Shown here piece by piece: positions 26,989 through 40,590 of a stretch of 64,000 nt of DNA. The notes below the pieces were generated by a model. It was given only the letters and a program-made list of their open reading frames with translations. It made no database searches and was not told the DNA's origin. Location of the stretch: the NCBI RefSeq assembly GCF_003918875.1, contig NW_025767224.1, positions 868,001-932,000 on the forward strand, in the 5' to 3' direction. The position numbers and the translations under genes are program-made. Source of the DNA: Haliotis rubra. Lineage: Eukaryota. Positions within the stretch are counted from its first letter, which is position 1. The number at the start of each line of letters is the position of its first letter.

Positions 26989-29689
26989 ACTTTTTATCAG
27001 ATGTTAATCTAAGTACTATATGGACTTGTACAAGTTGACTTTACTGACCATAACAACTTTGATGCTTGTGGAAATGACTGCAAGATGCAAACATCAACTT
27101 CTTCATGAAATGTAAAATTTCAAAACTTAGCTCAGAACAATGGCTGTCACAGAGCAGTGTGCCCGAAAAACATAATGAGGGAGTATCCTTGCAGAAATGA
27201 AACCTATTATGAATACTGGGCCACCCTGATAACAATTCTTGCTAGTTTTACATTTATGAATAAAATATTCAAATACAATGAATACGCCAAATACAATTGG
27301 ATAAGGCTAAACTATGTTTGCGATCACAGACAATCAGAAACATTGAACCGCTTTCATGCTAAGTTGTGCCCTGCATTTTGCTAAACGCGAGTTAGGGAAC
27401 CCGCCTGGGAAAGTCTCCTACTGGAAAATAATTTAAGTTTACTATGAAGCTGGGGTGCACAAAGTTTACCATAAAAAACAGTATGTGTGATATACAATGC
27501 CAATATTTCATATACGGGCAATGCAACCAACTTGAACCTGCATTGGACCGTCATCACTCTCCTCAAGTTAAGGCAAAACAATGACTTGACCCCAGAAGCA
27601 ATAAAAGCCTGTAAGAGGTCTGTATCGGGACAGAGTACTTTGGGTGCATATGCCAAGTTTAATTCTGAACTTCATAACAAGGGGATATTGTAAACCTGAG
27701 GACAAACTTTGATGATCATAGTCCATCTTCATTGAGTCTTTCAAAGTCTTTATTGTATGTTACGTATGTTAGTTATTGGCTATGTAAGGCAACATGTAAA
27801 ACTTTGGCAAGCTATTTCAACTTGTTGTTTTGATAAGTCGTAAAGTTAGTTGAGAGTTGTTACAATTATTTGTACCGTGTTACTTTCTAAAGAAAATGTA
27901 AGATCAAGTTATGCTTTTACTTTATTGGTTAAATGTTATCTTATGCATTCCAGTTCTAAATGCCCTTCAAAGATTTGGTTAAATGTTTGTCAAAGAGTTC
28001 ATTCACATGGCACCCTGCAAGGTAAAGTGACTTATTAACTGTTTGTTTCGTGACATTTCATTGAATATTTACTAGAGTGGAAACAGAAGAAAGTTTATAT
28101 CTTGTTTTGTCAAATACAAACCGGACAAATCATAAAACAGTGAGCTCATCACATCTGGCTCTTGAAATGTTCATACACAGAACCACAAAAATGATTTAAT
28201 TCCATGAATGTGGTTGATGTGTACTTGGTTGATGGTCAGTTGTCCTAGTAATCTCCAACTATAAACAACCTGATTTTGATAACTGCAAGCAGGTATTTGG
28301 GGACTGATGACACAGGTAATGGCAGCTTGTAACACAAAATGGCAGAAATGCAGTATCGCGATACATCTCAAGCCTCAGTATCGAGATACGTATCGTATCA
28401 TTAGGCACCTGTAATGTGACATCCCTATCGTCTACATCATCAAATGATCGAGTCATCTATTGTAAAGTAACCTAATCCAATTTTGTTTACAATGTCATTT
28501 GATATGCATTATTCAAGTTGGATGTTCAGTCAATCATAAAATCTATGAATGATTAAATATTACCACACTCAGCATTAACTGGTTTCGCATCAGGCACTGC
28601 ATTTACATGACTATAGTACTGTCGGAAATAGAAAAAAACTGTTTTTAGGCTCTTACTCTGTATCCCTAAAATTTACACAATTGCAAATAGCATATGTCGA
28701 AATAACCCACTTCGGCCTAACTGGGCGTTCAGTGGGATGCGTAATACGATATCCAGAAAAGCATGTTTACTCGTAAAATCGGGGAAAACTTAGAAAAAAT
28801 ACGAATAGCTGCTGAAAACAATAGATCAGACTATAGATGGCAATTAGGTCGCTCAGCCAGGTATGCCGACAGACCGTCGACTCACCTGGCATGAAATGCA
28901 CGTGCTGCCCACAGGCACAAAGGGTCATCTCAAAGATATTTTGTGCTTTTTCATGTGTGTTGACTATGTCTCATCTACTGATTAACATCTTACGTGTCTT
29001 TCTTTCATAAAGTTTATGTTGAGATATGTAAGAGTATGATACCCGAAAACATACCCTAGTATATAGGTGGCATGACCACCCAAAGATCGAAAGGACTGGA
29101 TATTATTTGTAAATTGTTTTGGCGTGCCGTGTACCTCCCCAGCATAATTGCCCTAAAGGATTATCTCATCTTAGCTGATATCTCTATCCCCAAGCCCGAC
29201 CCCAGGTTTTGCTTTTGAGGCGACCCCTCCTATCTGTTTCTTTTTATAGTGACAGTGAGACTGCATGGTAGCTACATCCTTAATAGTTTCGGCATAAATG
29301 TTATTATTTTTTACATCAGCTATCGTTTATAATGAATCTACGTCTAATTTCAAATTGGGAATTTAAAAAGTGTCCTTTGTAATACAATATCGTCGCACAC
29401 TAATTTGCATAAAGTCATGGTCTGTTCCAAATAAGTCTTTTTGGACTTCGAAAAAAAACGCATTGCTCATTTCTGCACTAATTTCCCCTCAGTAAAGTCC
29501 TTTTTCTCCGTTTCCAATCTCTCTACCACTGAGACTGTAGTTAGGCCGAACTTAGTTTAACAGATATTGCACACTTTCACATATGAACTACATAAATTGT
29601 AGAGATAAATGAGAAAATACAGTTTTTTTATACATTTCCTGAACCATTTAGGATTCTAGTGTGTCGATGATTTGTGTCAGGATACTAGT

Positions 29690-30422
29690 ATGCCTGTACC
29701 ACGTCATGATATCAGTATGCCTATTATACATTTCCTGTACCACGTCATGATACCAGTATGCCGATTATGCACTTTCTGTACCACGTCAGAATATCAGTAT
29801 GTCGATTATGCATTTCCTGTCATGATACCAGTATGCCGATTATGCATTTCCTGCACCACACCATGATACCAGTATGTCGATTATGCATTTCCTGTACGTC
29901 ATGATATCAGTATGTCGATTATGCATTTCCTGTACCACGTCATGATACCAGTATGTCGATTATGCAATTCCTGTACGTCATGATACCAGTATGTCGATTA
30001 TGCATTTCCTGTACGTCATATCAGTATGTCGATTATGCATTTCCTGTACGTCATGATATCAGTATGTCGATTATGTATGTCGATTATGCATTTCCTGTAT
30101 CGCCATGATATCATTATGTCATTTCCTGCATTTCGTCATGATATCAGTATGTCGATTATGCATTTCCTGTACCACGTCATGATACCAGTATGTCGATTAT
30201 GCATTTCCTGTACCACGTCATGATATCAGTATGTCGATTATGCATTTCCTGTACCACATTATACCAGTATGTCGATTATGCATTTCCTGTATGCGTTTTC
30301 ATAATGCGTCCATGATATCAGTATGTCGATTATGCATTTCCTGTACGTCATGATATCAGTATGTCGATTATGCATTTCCTGTACGTCATGATATCAGTAT
30401 GTCGATTATGCATTTCCTGTAC
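29690..30422. repeat. 38/41-bp minisatellite (about 18 copies)
   Basis: Unit gta(cca)cgtcatgatatcagtatgtcgattatgcatttcct. Confidence 0.93.
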
Positions 30423-31014
30423 ATACAAGACCAGTAATATTCAAAATCAACCACCTAATTTACCCGATTACAAAACAGATGTCAGCAGTATTTGTTTTTC
30501 ACCCTGTCAAAAGTAGTCATCACCAATACCAGTTTCATCCAAAGCCACAATACAGAATTAGTTTCTACAAACCCACCCCTTCAAAATACCTGTGTTATAC
30601 TCTCAACAAGTGTGTTCACAATCATGTACCAATCGTCGGGGGTTTTGGTCTTGTCTTGTTCTGTATATCTAGGAGTCCCGTGAAAAAGATACTCAGTTAA
30701 GATGCACAGAAAATGCTGTGGCAAAAAAAAGCCGATTTTGCATTTATCCTGTTAACATGTCAGTTCTGTTTTGATTCAATCTAATATCAATCCCTACTTT
30801 CAATCCAAAAAGGCTCTCAGATATTACTTGTGACCTTCCTCACCATGTTAATGCCTGCAAGAGTGAACAATAGATTGCATATTACCGCGTAAAACCTAGA
30901 CTTAACCAGCCTGCCATTTGACCACAGTAAACACCGAGAGCAAACAGTTGGCAGTTTACCCCACGGAGAAACAAAGTGTCAACAGTTTAACACACTTCTC
31001 CTTGTCTGACTAAC

Positions 31015-33954
31015 CTGTATGTGTGATTTCATGGCGCTTCAGATGACTTTTCTTGAAGAATGAGAAACTGCACCCCTCGGCCGAGCAGTGATACTTCTTC
31101 TCCCCAAGCTGGTGCAACTCCTCAGCATGGTTTTTGAGGAATTTGGCTGTACGGAAAGTCTTACTGCAGCCATCAATGTCACACTTAAATGGCCTTCCAG
31201 TGTTGTGGCTTTCCATGTGACACCTCATCGCATTCACTGTCTTGAATGCTTTCTCACATTTCTCGCACTGGAACGGCCTACTTTCAGCGTGAAGACGTAA
31301 GTGGCGCTTCATGTGCTCCTCTTTATAAAACATCTTATCACATTCCCGACATTTGATTGTCTTCTGCCGCTCCTGGTGAATGTTCTGGATATGTTTGTGT
31401 AAGTTCGCCTTGTAATTGGACTGGTAGCTACACAGTTCACACGTATAAAGTTTGGGTTGATCAGGGAAATGTGTACTTATGTGAACCTTGAGTCCTGATT
31501 CATACTTAAACTCTTTGCTGCACTCCTTACAAACAAGCGGCACTTTACCCTTGCACTCCTCCATGTGTTTCTCCAGAGTGTCCTCCCCCCTTCGGGACAT
31601 CGTATATATCGCGAACACAGCCGACACAACTTAAGGTCACCCTTGTTTTTATGCTCCTCCGTGACGTGTTCCTCTAGTGCCTCCTGTGTCGTACAAACAA
31701 ATGGACATTTAAAACACATTATGACATCATGAAGCAACATGTGTTTAGCAAACACAACCCGTTTGGCAGCATCAAAATCACATCTATCACACTTAAATTT
31801 GGGTGGTTTTCTTATGATTTGATGAGCACGTTTCATATGTCTGGTTAATGCTGCCAACCCCCGTGTTTTGTGACCACACATAGAACACTCTCGAGTCTCT
31901 AAAATCTTCTTTTCTTTGTAAAGCTTTGAATTCACTAATTTGTTTTCACTTGTACTGGCCCCGGACTGTCGCCCTCAGCTGCAACACTGTTATCTTTGAC
32001 TTCACCGTCTTTATTGTTCTCTGCTCCTTCCACATTCTCCGCACCAGCATCTCCTATATCACTTTTAACACCAACACCTACCGTACCATTCTCAGATACG
32101 CTGGCCAAAAGTTCAGACGAAGCACCAACGCCATTGTTCTCTACATTCTCTTTACCCTCACCATCTGCCAATGGCTTCTTCGCAACTTTTTTCTTCTTTT
32201 TCACAACTTTCTTTACTTCACCATCACCATTTCCAATACTTTTCTTCTTTTCTTTTCAGGTGAAGGTTTAACCACCTGCTTCTCAGAAGCAGATGGCTCA
32301 CCATCTGAAACTTTCTCCGCCGACTTCTCTGCACTCTCACTTTCCTCTGATTTCCTCTTCTTTGCTTTTGCCTTCTTCAGTGGTTTTGTTTTGTCTGACA
32401 TTTCCTTTTCATCTATAGTGTCAGTCTTTGTCAAACCATTTACCTTCTCTTTGCCCTTCTCTTTTGGCTTTTTGGCTTTGGAACTTTTGGGTTTCTTTTT
32501 AGCCTCTGGTTTTGCTGCACTTTTACTCTCAGCATTTGCTGATTCTGATTTCAATGTCAATTCAGATATATCCATTTTCTCCTGCTCCTCAGAAGTGACG
32601 TTCTCAACAGTAGTTTGATGTGCATCACCGGCAGCATCAGATGCTGCTGGTTTGACTGCACTCTCAACCTTCATCTCAGAGTCAGTTCCACCAATACCGC
32701 TGTCACTAGAACACTGTGCATTCTCATGGTTGTCTGGACTTCCCATCTGCTCACAGGCTGCCTTTGACACAGACTGTTCCGTTGTCTTGCTGGTTACATC
32801 TTTCTTGGTTTTCTTTGCTGCCTTTTTCTCTTTCGCCTTCTTCACTGGCTCCTTAATGTCGGGTTTGCTTGATGCATCTGGCTCCTTAGATTCCTTGACT
32901 TTACCCTTCGCACTTTTGCTTTTTGGAGACTTCTTGGGCTTCGGACTGACAGTCTTTTCTCCTGGAGAATCAGATGTCTTTTCTGCAGAGCTGTTTCCCT
33001 TAGACTTTGAACTCTGTGGCTTCTTTGTAACTTTGGGTTTTGAAACTGGCAGTGTTTTCTCATCTTCTTGTTCATCATGAAACTTCCTTTTCTTTGGCGT
33101 CCTCTTTGATCGAGACTTGGCCCCTGCCTCACAGGGTTTCGGTTCAGCCTGATCCACAGCTGAGGGACTGCCATCCTTCAGCGGCGCACCAGGCAACTCA
33201 GACACACTTTCACTTTTCACATTTCCATTTACTGAAGTTTTCTTTTCCACATTCTTTTTCACTTTCTCACTATCATTAAAATGAAGTTTTTCCTTTGTTT
33301 TCACGTCATCATTACGTCTTTTCTTAGGCGGTTTCCTTGGAGGTGTCTTAACGATGATATCGCCCCGAGCGACTTCATCAATGATGCTTTCATATGAACA
33401 CACACTTGCTACTGGTTCCTTTGTTGGGGGTTCAGGAGTCAAAGGTTTGTTTTCTTTGCACTCCTGTTCCTCCGCCTTCGGTTCAGGCTGATCAGGAACT
33501 GGATTTGAAGTTGCAACAACAGGTTCAGGGTTACAGTTGTCACATTCCACATGGTTTTCTATAGCAGGTACATCTTCACACACCTCGGGCACAGCATTAT
33601 TGAAATCCAAACATTCTGTTATAGAATTCACAGCTGCCGCTATCTCATCGGGACCTTCGTTGTCGACTTCTACTGCACCTCCATCAACTGCCTGCGCTGG
33701 CACATCAGGAGAAGCAGTAGAAGGGTGACAGTTCTGACCATCCCCTGAAGTCTCAACCTTCTTCGACTTCTTTACTTTCTTGACTGTTTTAGGGAGGACA
33801 GCCTTCTCTACATCCTCCCTGTCCCGCTCAACGATGTCCTTTTTCTTCACGTCCTTATCAATTTTAGTCCTCATTATCCTGGACTTCTCTCTCTCTCATG
33901 ACCAGCAGATGACCTTCACATTCAGCACTATCACCCTTCACCAATAGAGTCCAT
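31015..33954 (-). CDS. Large exon of the zinc-finger gene: K/E/S-rich N-terminal region plus fingers 1-10; reading frame broken by apparent 1-nt homopolymer deletions
   Basis: ORFs 32213-33874, 31935-32204, 31477-31935 and 31010-31627 join into one protein if one base is added at each of three homopolymers. Donor ACAG|gttagt at 31015, acceptor tttcag at 33955-33956. The first 80 nt next to the gap have no clean frame, so the start is uncertain. Confidence 0.85.
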
Positions 33955-34075
33955 CTGAAACAATCGAACACATATTAATCATGATGCTCACTTTGGCCAT
34001 TATTCACAACATGTTATAAAAAGTGCCCCAAGGAAAATGACATATGTTGCCTGAATCTACACTCAGTAAGATTTC

Positions 34076-34233
34076 NNNNNNNNNNNNNNNNNNNNNNNNN
34101 NNNNNNNNNNNNNNNNNNNNNNNNNNNNNNNNNNNNNNNNNNNNNNNNNNNNNNNNNNNNNNNNNNNNNNNNNNNNNNNNNNNNNNNNNNNNNNNNNNNN
34201 NNNNNNNNNNNNNNNNNNNNNNNNNNNNNNNNN
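34076..34233. other. Assembly gap (158 N)
   Basis: Run of n; it abuts the tail end of a SINE B copy. Confidence 0.99.
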
Positions 34234-34561
34234 TGCTTGAGAATATTTCGCTCACATGACGACGTGCATGCATGTGTATGTGTATGTGCAGCTGCTTGTA
34301 CTAGCCCAGACTTAAGCTGGTTTCATAGTGCTAGCCCACTGAGATACCATGCCGCAGTGAAGCATGAATACCCCACTCAGACACATTATACTGACTCCAA
34401 GCCGACCAGTCCTTGTTGTACTCATTAATGCTGAACGCCAGGCAGGGACCAACAAGTACCATATTTAAACGTCTTTTTGGTATGACGAGGTCGGGGATCG
34501 AACCCGCGACCTTCCGGTCTCTCCGGGCGAACGCTCTAACCACTACACCACAGAGGCGGTC
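34234..34561 (-). mobile_element. SINE family B, near full length (tail cut by gap)
   Basis: Reverse complement of 57377-57733; head gaccgcctctgtggtgtagtggttagagcg and B-box gggttcgatcccc. Confidence 0.9.
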
Positions 34562-34726
34562 GAGTGAGTGAGTGTGTAGTATTACGCCAATTGTAGCACT
34601 ATTCCAGCAATATCACGACAGGAAACACCAGAAATGGGCCTAACAGATTGTACCCAGGTGGGGAATCAAACCCGGGTTCTGAGTACGATGAGAGAATGCT
34701 TTAACCACTAGGCCACCCCACCGACC
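34562..34726 (-). mobile_element. SINE family A abutting SINE B
   Basis: gagtgagtgagt tail, tattccagcaatatcacg, ctttaaccactaggccacccc. Confidence 0.85.
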
Positions 34727-35672
34727 CATGTCATAGCCTAAATGTACATCAGAGCCTGACAAACGTCTTCAACGGCTGATACAGGTTTGCTTCACCGTCT
34801 CTCTCGTCTACTTCATAATCTATATAGAGATGCCTAGCAGCTTTTCAGAAACATCACATAGTGGTTACTTACTACTTGTAAATCTAAAACTCAAATCTAT
34901 ATGTGGACTATCTCTGCCAATAACACAAAAGCAACGTTAGATACATTGCTTCGTGTAAAATGACATTCGATCTTACCATTGTTAATAATTTAAGTCTGTA
35001 ACTAGTTTTTTATGCTTAACATCCTGTTGGTACAATAAAACACCTGCTCCAATTATTCCTATCCCACATAAGGAATGCCTGTCAGGGATTAATCACCTGA
35101 GTAGACAACAGAAGGCATCTTTTTCATTGTTACAAATTCTTGGCATGAGATGTGGATGTGGTCATCAATGGGATGAGCAGACAAAAAAGGCACCCCTCTG
35201 ATAGGATTTGATGACACCATGTGAGGCTGTACAACTGATACTTACAGAGGATAAATACCCACAATGGAAACTGTTTCTCACAATTTAGGATATTTGCTTA
35301 TCAAAAATGTCACACAACTTCTCAACGTGCTGCCAGTAACTGTGGGGTAGGAGAGTGACCCAGGTCATGTCATCAAAGGGCAATAACTCAGTCTTGACCA
35401 AGCAAAACATCCCTTGAAAACAGCAAGCTGAATATTAAGACAGAGGATACCAGATACACATCTATTCTTCTTGAACATGTCTCAAGTCATTCCTTGATCA
35501 ATACAGACCCTCATACTTATCAACCCGACACAAGTACAGAGGTGTTGCGAACCAGTCTCATGTCATATTGATGAGCCCATATTCCACAAAACTTTCTCAG
35601 ATCTTATCAAGGATTTCGGAAAAGATTTCCAGAACATGGATGGAAACAATCAATGAATGACATTTACTGTCC

Positions 35673-35739
35673 CAGGGCTCCAGATAATTTTTCATGATCA
35701 GAAGTACATACACCGATACGGCCCTTATCTGGAACCCTG
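35673..35739. mobile_element. 67-bp minimal TIR element, 6-bp TSD
   Basis: cagggctccagataa...ttatctggaaccctg flanked by ctgtcc (35667-35672, 35740-35745); same ends as 52466-54121. Confidence 0.88.
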
Positions 35740-36011
35740 CTGTCCTGAAACAATTTTAGTCCAGTGACTCAATACAGAAGGATTTGATTGGCCAGGAAAC
35801 CCAAGTTTTGATGAGTCAAACCAGCGCAGTGTTAAACAAATCTGTTAGTCTGACACAAGTAGATTTCATAGAGACTGGTGACATTTCTTTGTGGACTTTT
35901 ACTATAGTAGTAGACAACTCTGTTGTACTTTTTGTACATTAGCGAAATAGAATTAACACTTCTAGCCCATGACCAGCGAACTTTTTAGATCGTGTGATGT
36001 AGATACTAACT

Positions 36012-36343
36012 CAGTGTTTACGAATAGTGTCTGACCCTCTGACAAATCCGGCAGATTCGCCAACGGTCCGATAGAAGTCTTCAACCCGCCGGCCCAAGTG
36101 TCTGACTGTATATTTCACAATGACTTTGACTGAAGTTGTTATATGTGACATGTGACATTTGTTTGATGTTTAAAAATCTTATGTTTGTTAATAATTTCAA
36201 TGCCAGTTATAAGAAATGTTAAAACTGAAATGTTTGTCTAATTTTATTCTATGGGTCCTGTGAATTTTCAATGGGTCAGACAGACATCTGAAACTTACAG
36301 GACCCAATGTCCTGTTACTTTGAAACACCATTCGTGAACACTG
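36012..36343. mobile_element. 332-bp non-autonomous DNA transposon, CAGTG termini, 6-bp TSD
   Basis: TIR cagtgtttacgaat/attcgtgaacactg; TSD ctaact at 36006-36011 and 36344-36349. Confidence 0.85.
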
Positions 36344-37159
36344 CTAACTACCCATCGGATGTCCCCACTAGCATTGTTCCCAAGCATGCCATGTTGTAGA
36401 GGCAACTAAGGATCATCTGGTGGCCACTCCAGAACGTTACCATGCTGACTGACTGTGTATAGTTGCAATCTAAAGTATACCAAATCTAAGTTCTTGCTAT
36501 CGCTTCACAAGGACCTGAAGACATTCTGGTACAGGTCTTGTCAGAACAACCTTTCACAGTTTCTGACTGACCAATGATATGAATAAGAAGTATACACTAG
36601 CCAATCAGAAGGCAGCTTTCACAAACTAAACATCTAGTTTCAAACCAGCAACTTCAATTACAGTGTATGCTTCAAAAAACAGTTTGACTATTTGATTAAT
36701 TTGCTGCATCAGTATTTGAAAACTGAAGAAATGTCTAACAAAGGGCCAAGTTTCATATGTTTATCCCATTGCAGAAGAACATGTGATAACTTTGCTGGAA
36801 AAGATTTGTGGAATTCCCATGTTAACCATTCAATGAATGTTGTCACTTTTCATATGTGGTAAGTAATGCTCGGACTGGTTAGAAGACAGACCATTCTCAT
36901 GGGCCCTGAACTAGGATGTCCCCGAACCTTTTAGAGATAGCAAAAACTAACATCAAATTTGACGGAGATTGAGTATGCTGTATCCAATGGCAAGGATAAT
37001 TGCTCATACTTTTAGTCACTGGTTTCCCAATCTGCCTTGAGACTGGACCCCTTACTTGTATACCCTTGTTCGCATACCTCTGGAATGTTGACATCGCAGT
37101 CTTTAATAACAAGGTATTCCCAACATCAACAAAAGTGCAACTGATTACTTCAGTATTAT

Positions 37160-37325
37160 GGGCGTGGGGTAGCCTAGTGGTTAAAGCATTCACTCGTCAC
37201 ACCAAAGGCCCGGGTTCGATTCCCCACATGGGTACAATATGTGAAGCCCATTTCTGGTGTCCCCTGCCCTGATATTGCTGGAATATTACTAAAAGTGGCG
37301 TAAAACCCAACTCACTGACACACTC
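37160..37325 (+). mobile_element. SINE family A
   Basis: gggcgtggggtagcctagtggttaaagc...gggttcgattccccacatgggtacaa...ggcgtaaaacccaactcac. Confidence 0.88.
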
Positions 37326-39102
37326 AAGTATTTACATTTGGAAGCGGTCATTGAACTTCATTTGGGGTTGCAGAAATTTATTATGATGTTACGAACGTTT
37401 TGCTCACTATTACCAAGAACACAGCTTGAGATACTCAAGTCACCGGCATTGGATTCTGACACCTTGGTAGTGAATGTACAATGTGCATTGAGGAAAACTT
37501 ACCATAATTTAATTGAAAAATACTGCTAATCATCAGTCACATAGTTGCAGCTGGTGATGTGGGTTGTACCATGAACACGCTACCGCCACTCAACGGTGAG
37601 CTGGATCTGAAGCAGACAGACAAACAGTCAAACACCAATTACTGGCACGTAAAACAGAACCAAGGAAGATATGAATACATAAATGTCAAAGCAGCAGTTC
37701 AATCTTCAACAGTCCATAAACAAAGTATTGGACCCCTGCTTCTAGAAAGTGACAAAGAATTTTGTGTGGTCTGGGTGTCATTCCACTAAGCGATTTTAGC
37801 ATATAACCTCTTATCGTTTAGGTTAAGGAGAAAGTGAGTGTTATGCAACTTTAAACAGTAATTCATTATAGATCATGTCATGTCAGTTTGAAACGGAAAG
37901 CCCGTCTATGACAATTATCACTTTGGTAAGGTGCTGACAAGTGCCCGAACACAGGTTTCCAATGTGCCCAAGGGACATAACCCTGCACAAATGATGTGAA
38001 TGCTTTGACCATGATGACATTGTTAATTATCATGACAATGACACAGACCATATTACTGTCAAAGTGTTGATTACGATCCCGCGTGACTACGATATATTCC
38101 ACTTCGCATATCATACTAAGATAAACAACACCCAAATTCAAGAAAATACACCCTTTCATGAATATTCAATTCTAGTGATTGCAGATAACAAACTGAATTC
38201 ATGAAGGGATATGGTTTGATTCAGTGAATACGTCAGTGAATTGTAACAGCCCTAGTAAATGCAGTGTTCAACTTAATAGGGGGGTGTTCCTGAACTGGAA
38301 TCTCTTGACAGTGATGGTTTCATTTTGGCGATGGGCCTATGACTGGACTCCTCGAATTGTGGACCTGATATACAATACTGCATAGTGATGAAGTAATTAG
38401 TTCAAGCATTACCTGAAAACATGAACAGGGAAAAATTTAAATCCAATTTGAGAATATTAAAGACACTGAAAGCTTTAGTCGTCAGTCCAGGTGTTGACTA
38501 TAAATCTCACTGACTTTTAGACTTCAGATGATATATTTGATGTCAAAAGACACTGGTGAGATTCTCAACATAATGGTGATTCATAAAGTGCATTAAACCA
38601 ACATGTATCAATAAAATATGACCTCCTCATCAACAGCCTTAACCAAGGTAGTCTGACCACATGTAAAGACATCACATTATTTGAGTTGATATTCACATAT
38701 TCGTGATCAATAGATCTACATTAAAAATTTACTGAAACATCGATATCACAACATGCGACGACATCCCTAATTTAACATATAAATTATAATTCACTGCAGA
38801 GTGCATGTTGAAAGAAAACTTCAAGTATCTGAGCTGAAAGCAAAACGCTGCGATGAAGGAGGGTCCATCTGAGAAGAGGAATAAGGAATCACTGAGAAAT
38901 GTTTGGTGACCAAAGGAAGATATGCTAATGGCATTATCTGGCATGTGAAAGAAGACAATTGAGTGGTTCTTCAACTCCTTATAAACATGGTTATGATCAG
39001 CTGACATTCACGTAGGTACCCAACAAAAATATCACGTAATGATTATTCATTCATGAAGATCAAAATCGTACCTAAGAATTAACCATATTCCAACATATTC
39101 CA

Positions 39103-39260
39103 TCTGCAGTGGCTGAGCGGGTTAAATGGCTGACTTCATGTGCAGACGATTAGAGAGTTAGGGTTCAAATCTTGGATGGGACTAAACCTAACAAAGTACC
39201 AGAATCGGTACTTTACTCTGAAAGTGTAATCCGAACTATACATGTTGAATTCTCAATGGA
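39103..39260 (+). mobile_element. SINE family D
   Basis: gtggctgagcgggttaa A-box-like, gggttcaaatc B-box-like; body shared with 15625-15762. Confidence 0.6.
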
Positions 39261-39541
39261 TAAGGAAACTAACTTCATATGAGACTGAGAGAAAACATGT
39301 CTTTCCAGACTGTCACTAGTCTCAAGACACAGCCTAGTCATTACTAATCACTTAATTGCCATTCACAAAACTCACATATAGAAACTTTATAACTTCACTA
39401 GTCACTAAATGTAAGCACAAAATTCCTCCTCGTCCTATTGATTCCTCAACTCATTGGTACATGGCTTAAAGTCCAGTAAGATGATGTATCGTAACTAGTT
39501 CCATCTCCAACAAGACGATATATTATCTTCAGATACAGATA

Positions 39542-39707
39542 CTGACTGACTGAGTATGGTTTTACGCCGCTTTTAGCAATATTCCAGCAACATCACGGCG
39601 GGGAACACCAGAAATGGGCTTCACACAATGTACCCATGTGGGGATTCGAACCCGGGTCTTCGGCGTGACGAGCCAACGCTTTAACCACTAGGCTACCCCA
39701 CCGCCCC
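39542..39707 (-). mobile_element. SINE family A, near-consensus copy
   Basis: Near-identical to 9805-9970; flanked by tcagatacagata and tcagattcagata. Confidence 0.9.
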
Positions 39708-39721
39708 TCAGATTCAGATAG

Positions 39722-39880
39722 GAGTGGTGGGGGGGATCCTTGTGGTTCAAGTGTCCACTTGTTACTCTGAAGACCTGGGTTCAAATCCCCATATGAGTAC
39801 AACGTGTGAAACCCATTTCGGGTTTCCCCCTCCACGATATTGCTAGAATATTGCTTAAAGCGACATAAAACCATACTCAC
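39722..39880 (+). mobile_element. SINE family A, more diverged copy
   Basis: gggttcaaatcccc...gtgtgaaacccatttc...ccatactcactc; TSD tcagattcagatag at 39708-39721 and 39881-39894. Confidence 0.82.
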
Positions 39881-40590
39881 TCAGATTCAGATAGAGCTTA
39901 GGGATAACTGATATTTCCGTAACAATATTTTTGTATGAAGCACACACACTATTTATTGATTTTTTTATTACTGCTATCGTCACTGGTTACAAAAGGTAAT
40001 ATACAATATTTTTAAAAGCAACAAATTACTGCACCACACATATACTCCATGTCAAATGTCACTGACCCATGGAGAAGTGGTCCGACTAAACCAAATCACA
40101 TGTACACATTAATGTAAAACTCTAGCCAAGAGAGGAGGTGGCTGCAGACTGTTAGTTCTGGGGATTATTAAAGCCAGTGATCCCAGTGAATGATCATAAT
40201 TGACGATTGACCAGCTATTCAGTTACAGCGCAATGTTTGATAATAGGTGTTCATTATAGATTGTGGGGAAAATGTCATGGGTGTTTATCATTCACACTAA
40301 ATGTTTGTTTTACCAACAGATAATAACAAACTGAACAGGACTTTTTCTTACAAAGATTGAGTGTCCTCAACAAAAAGTAGCTGCGGAACAACGGGAATAT
40401 ACACAGAGTTTTAGTAATCTGTTGTAACTGATATTGACAATACTATGGAAGGATAAAGCAGAAAATCATTTACAGAATCCTAACCTACTTTCACTACATG
40501 AAACTTATGCTCCATAGAATTTTCATTGCTCAAGAGACGAAATTTATTCTTCTTGCATCAGTCTGAATACTTAAAATCCCCTGGTGATTA

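Noticed and set aside
27382-27695. Possible Helentron-type non-autonomous fragment
   Set aside because: Only vague resemblance; termini and hairpin could not be verified.
28580-29650. CpG-richer intronic block, possibly a DNA transposon or internal promoter
   Set aside because: No TIR/TSD pair, ORF or promoter motif set could be established.
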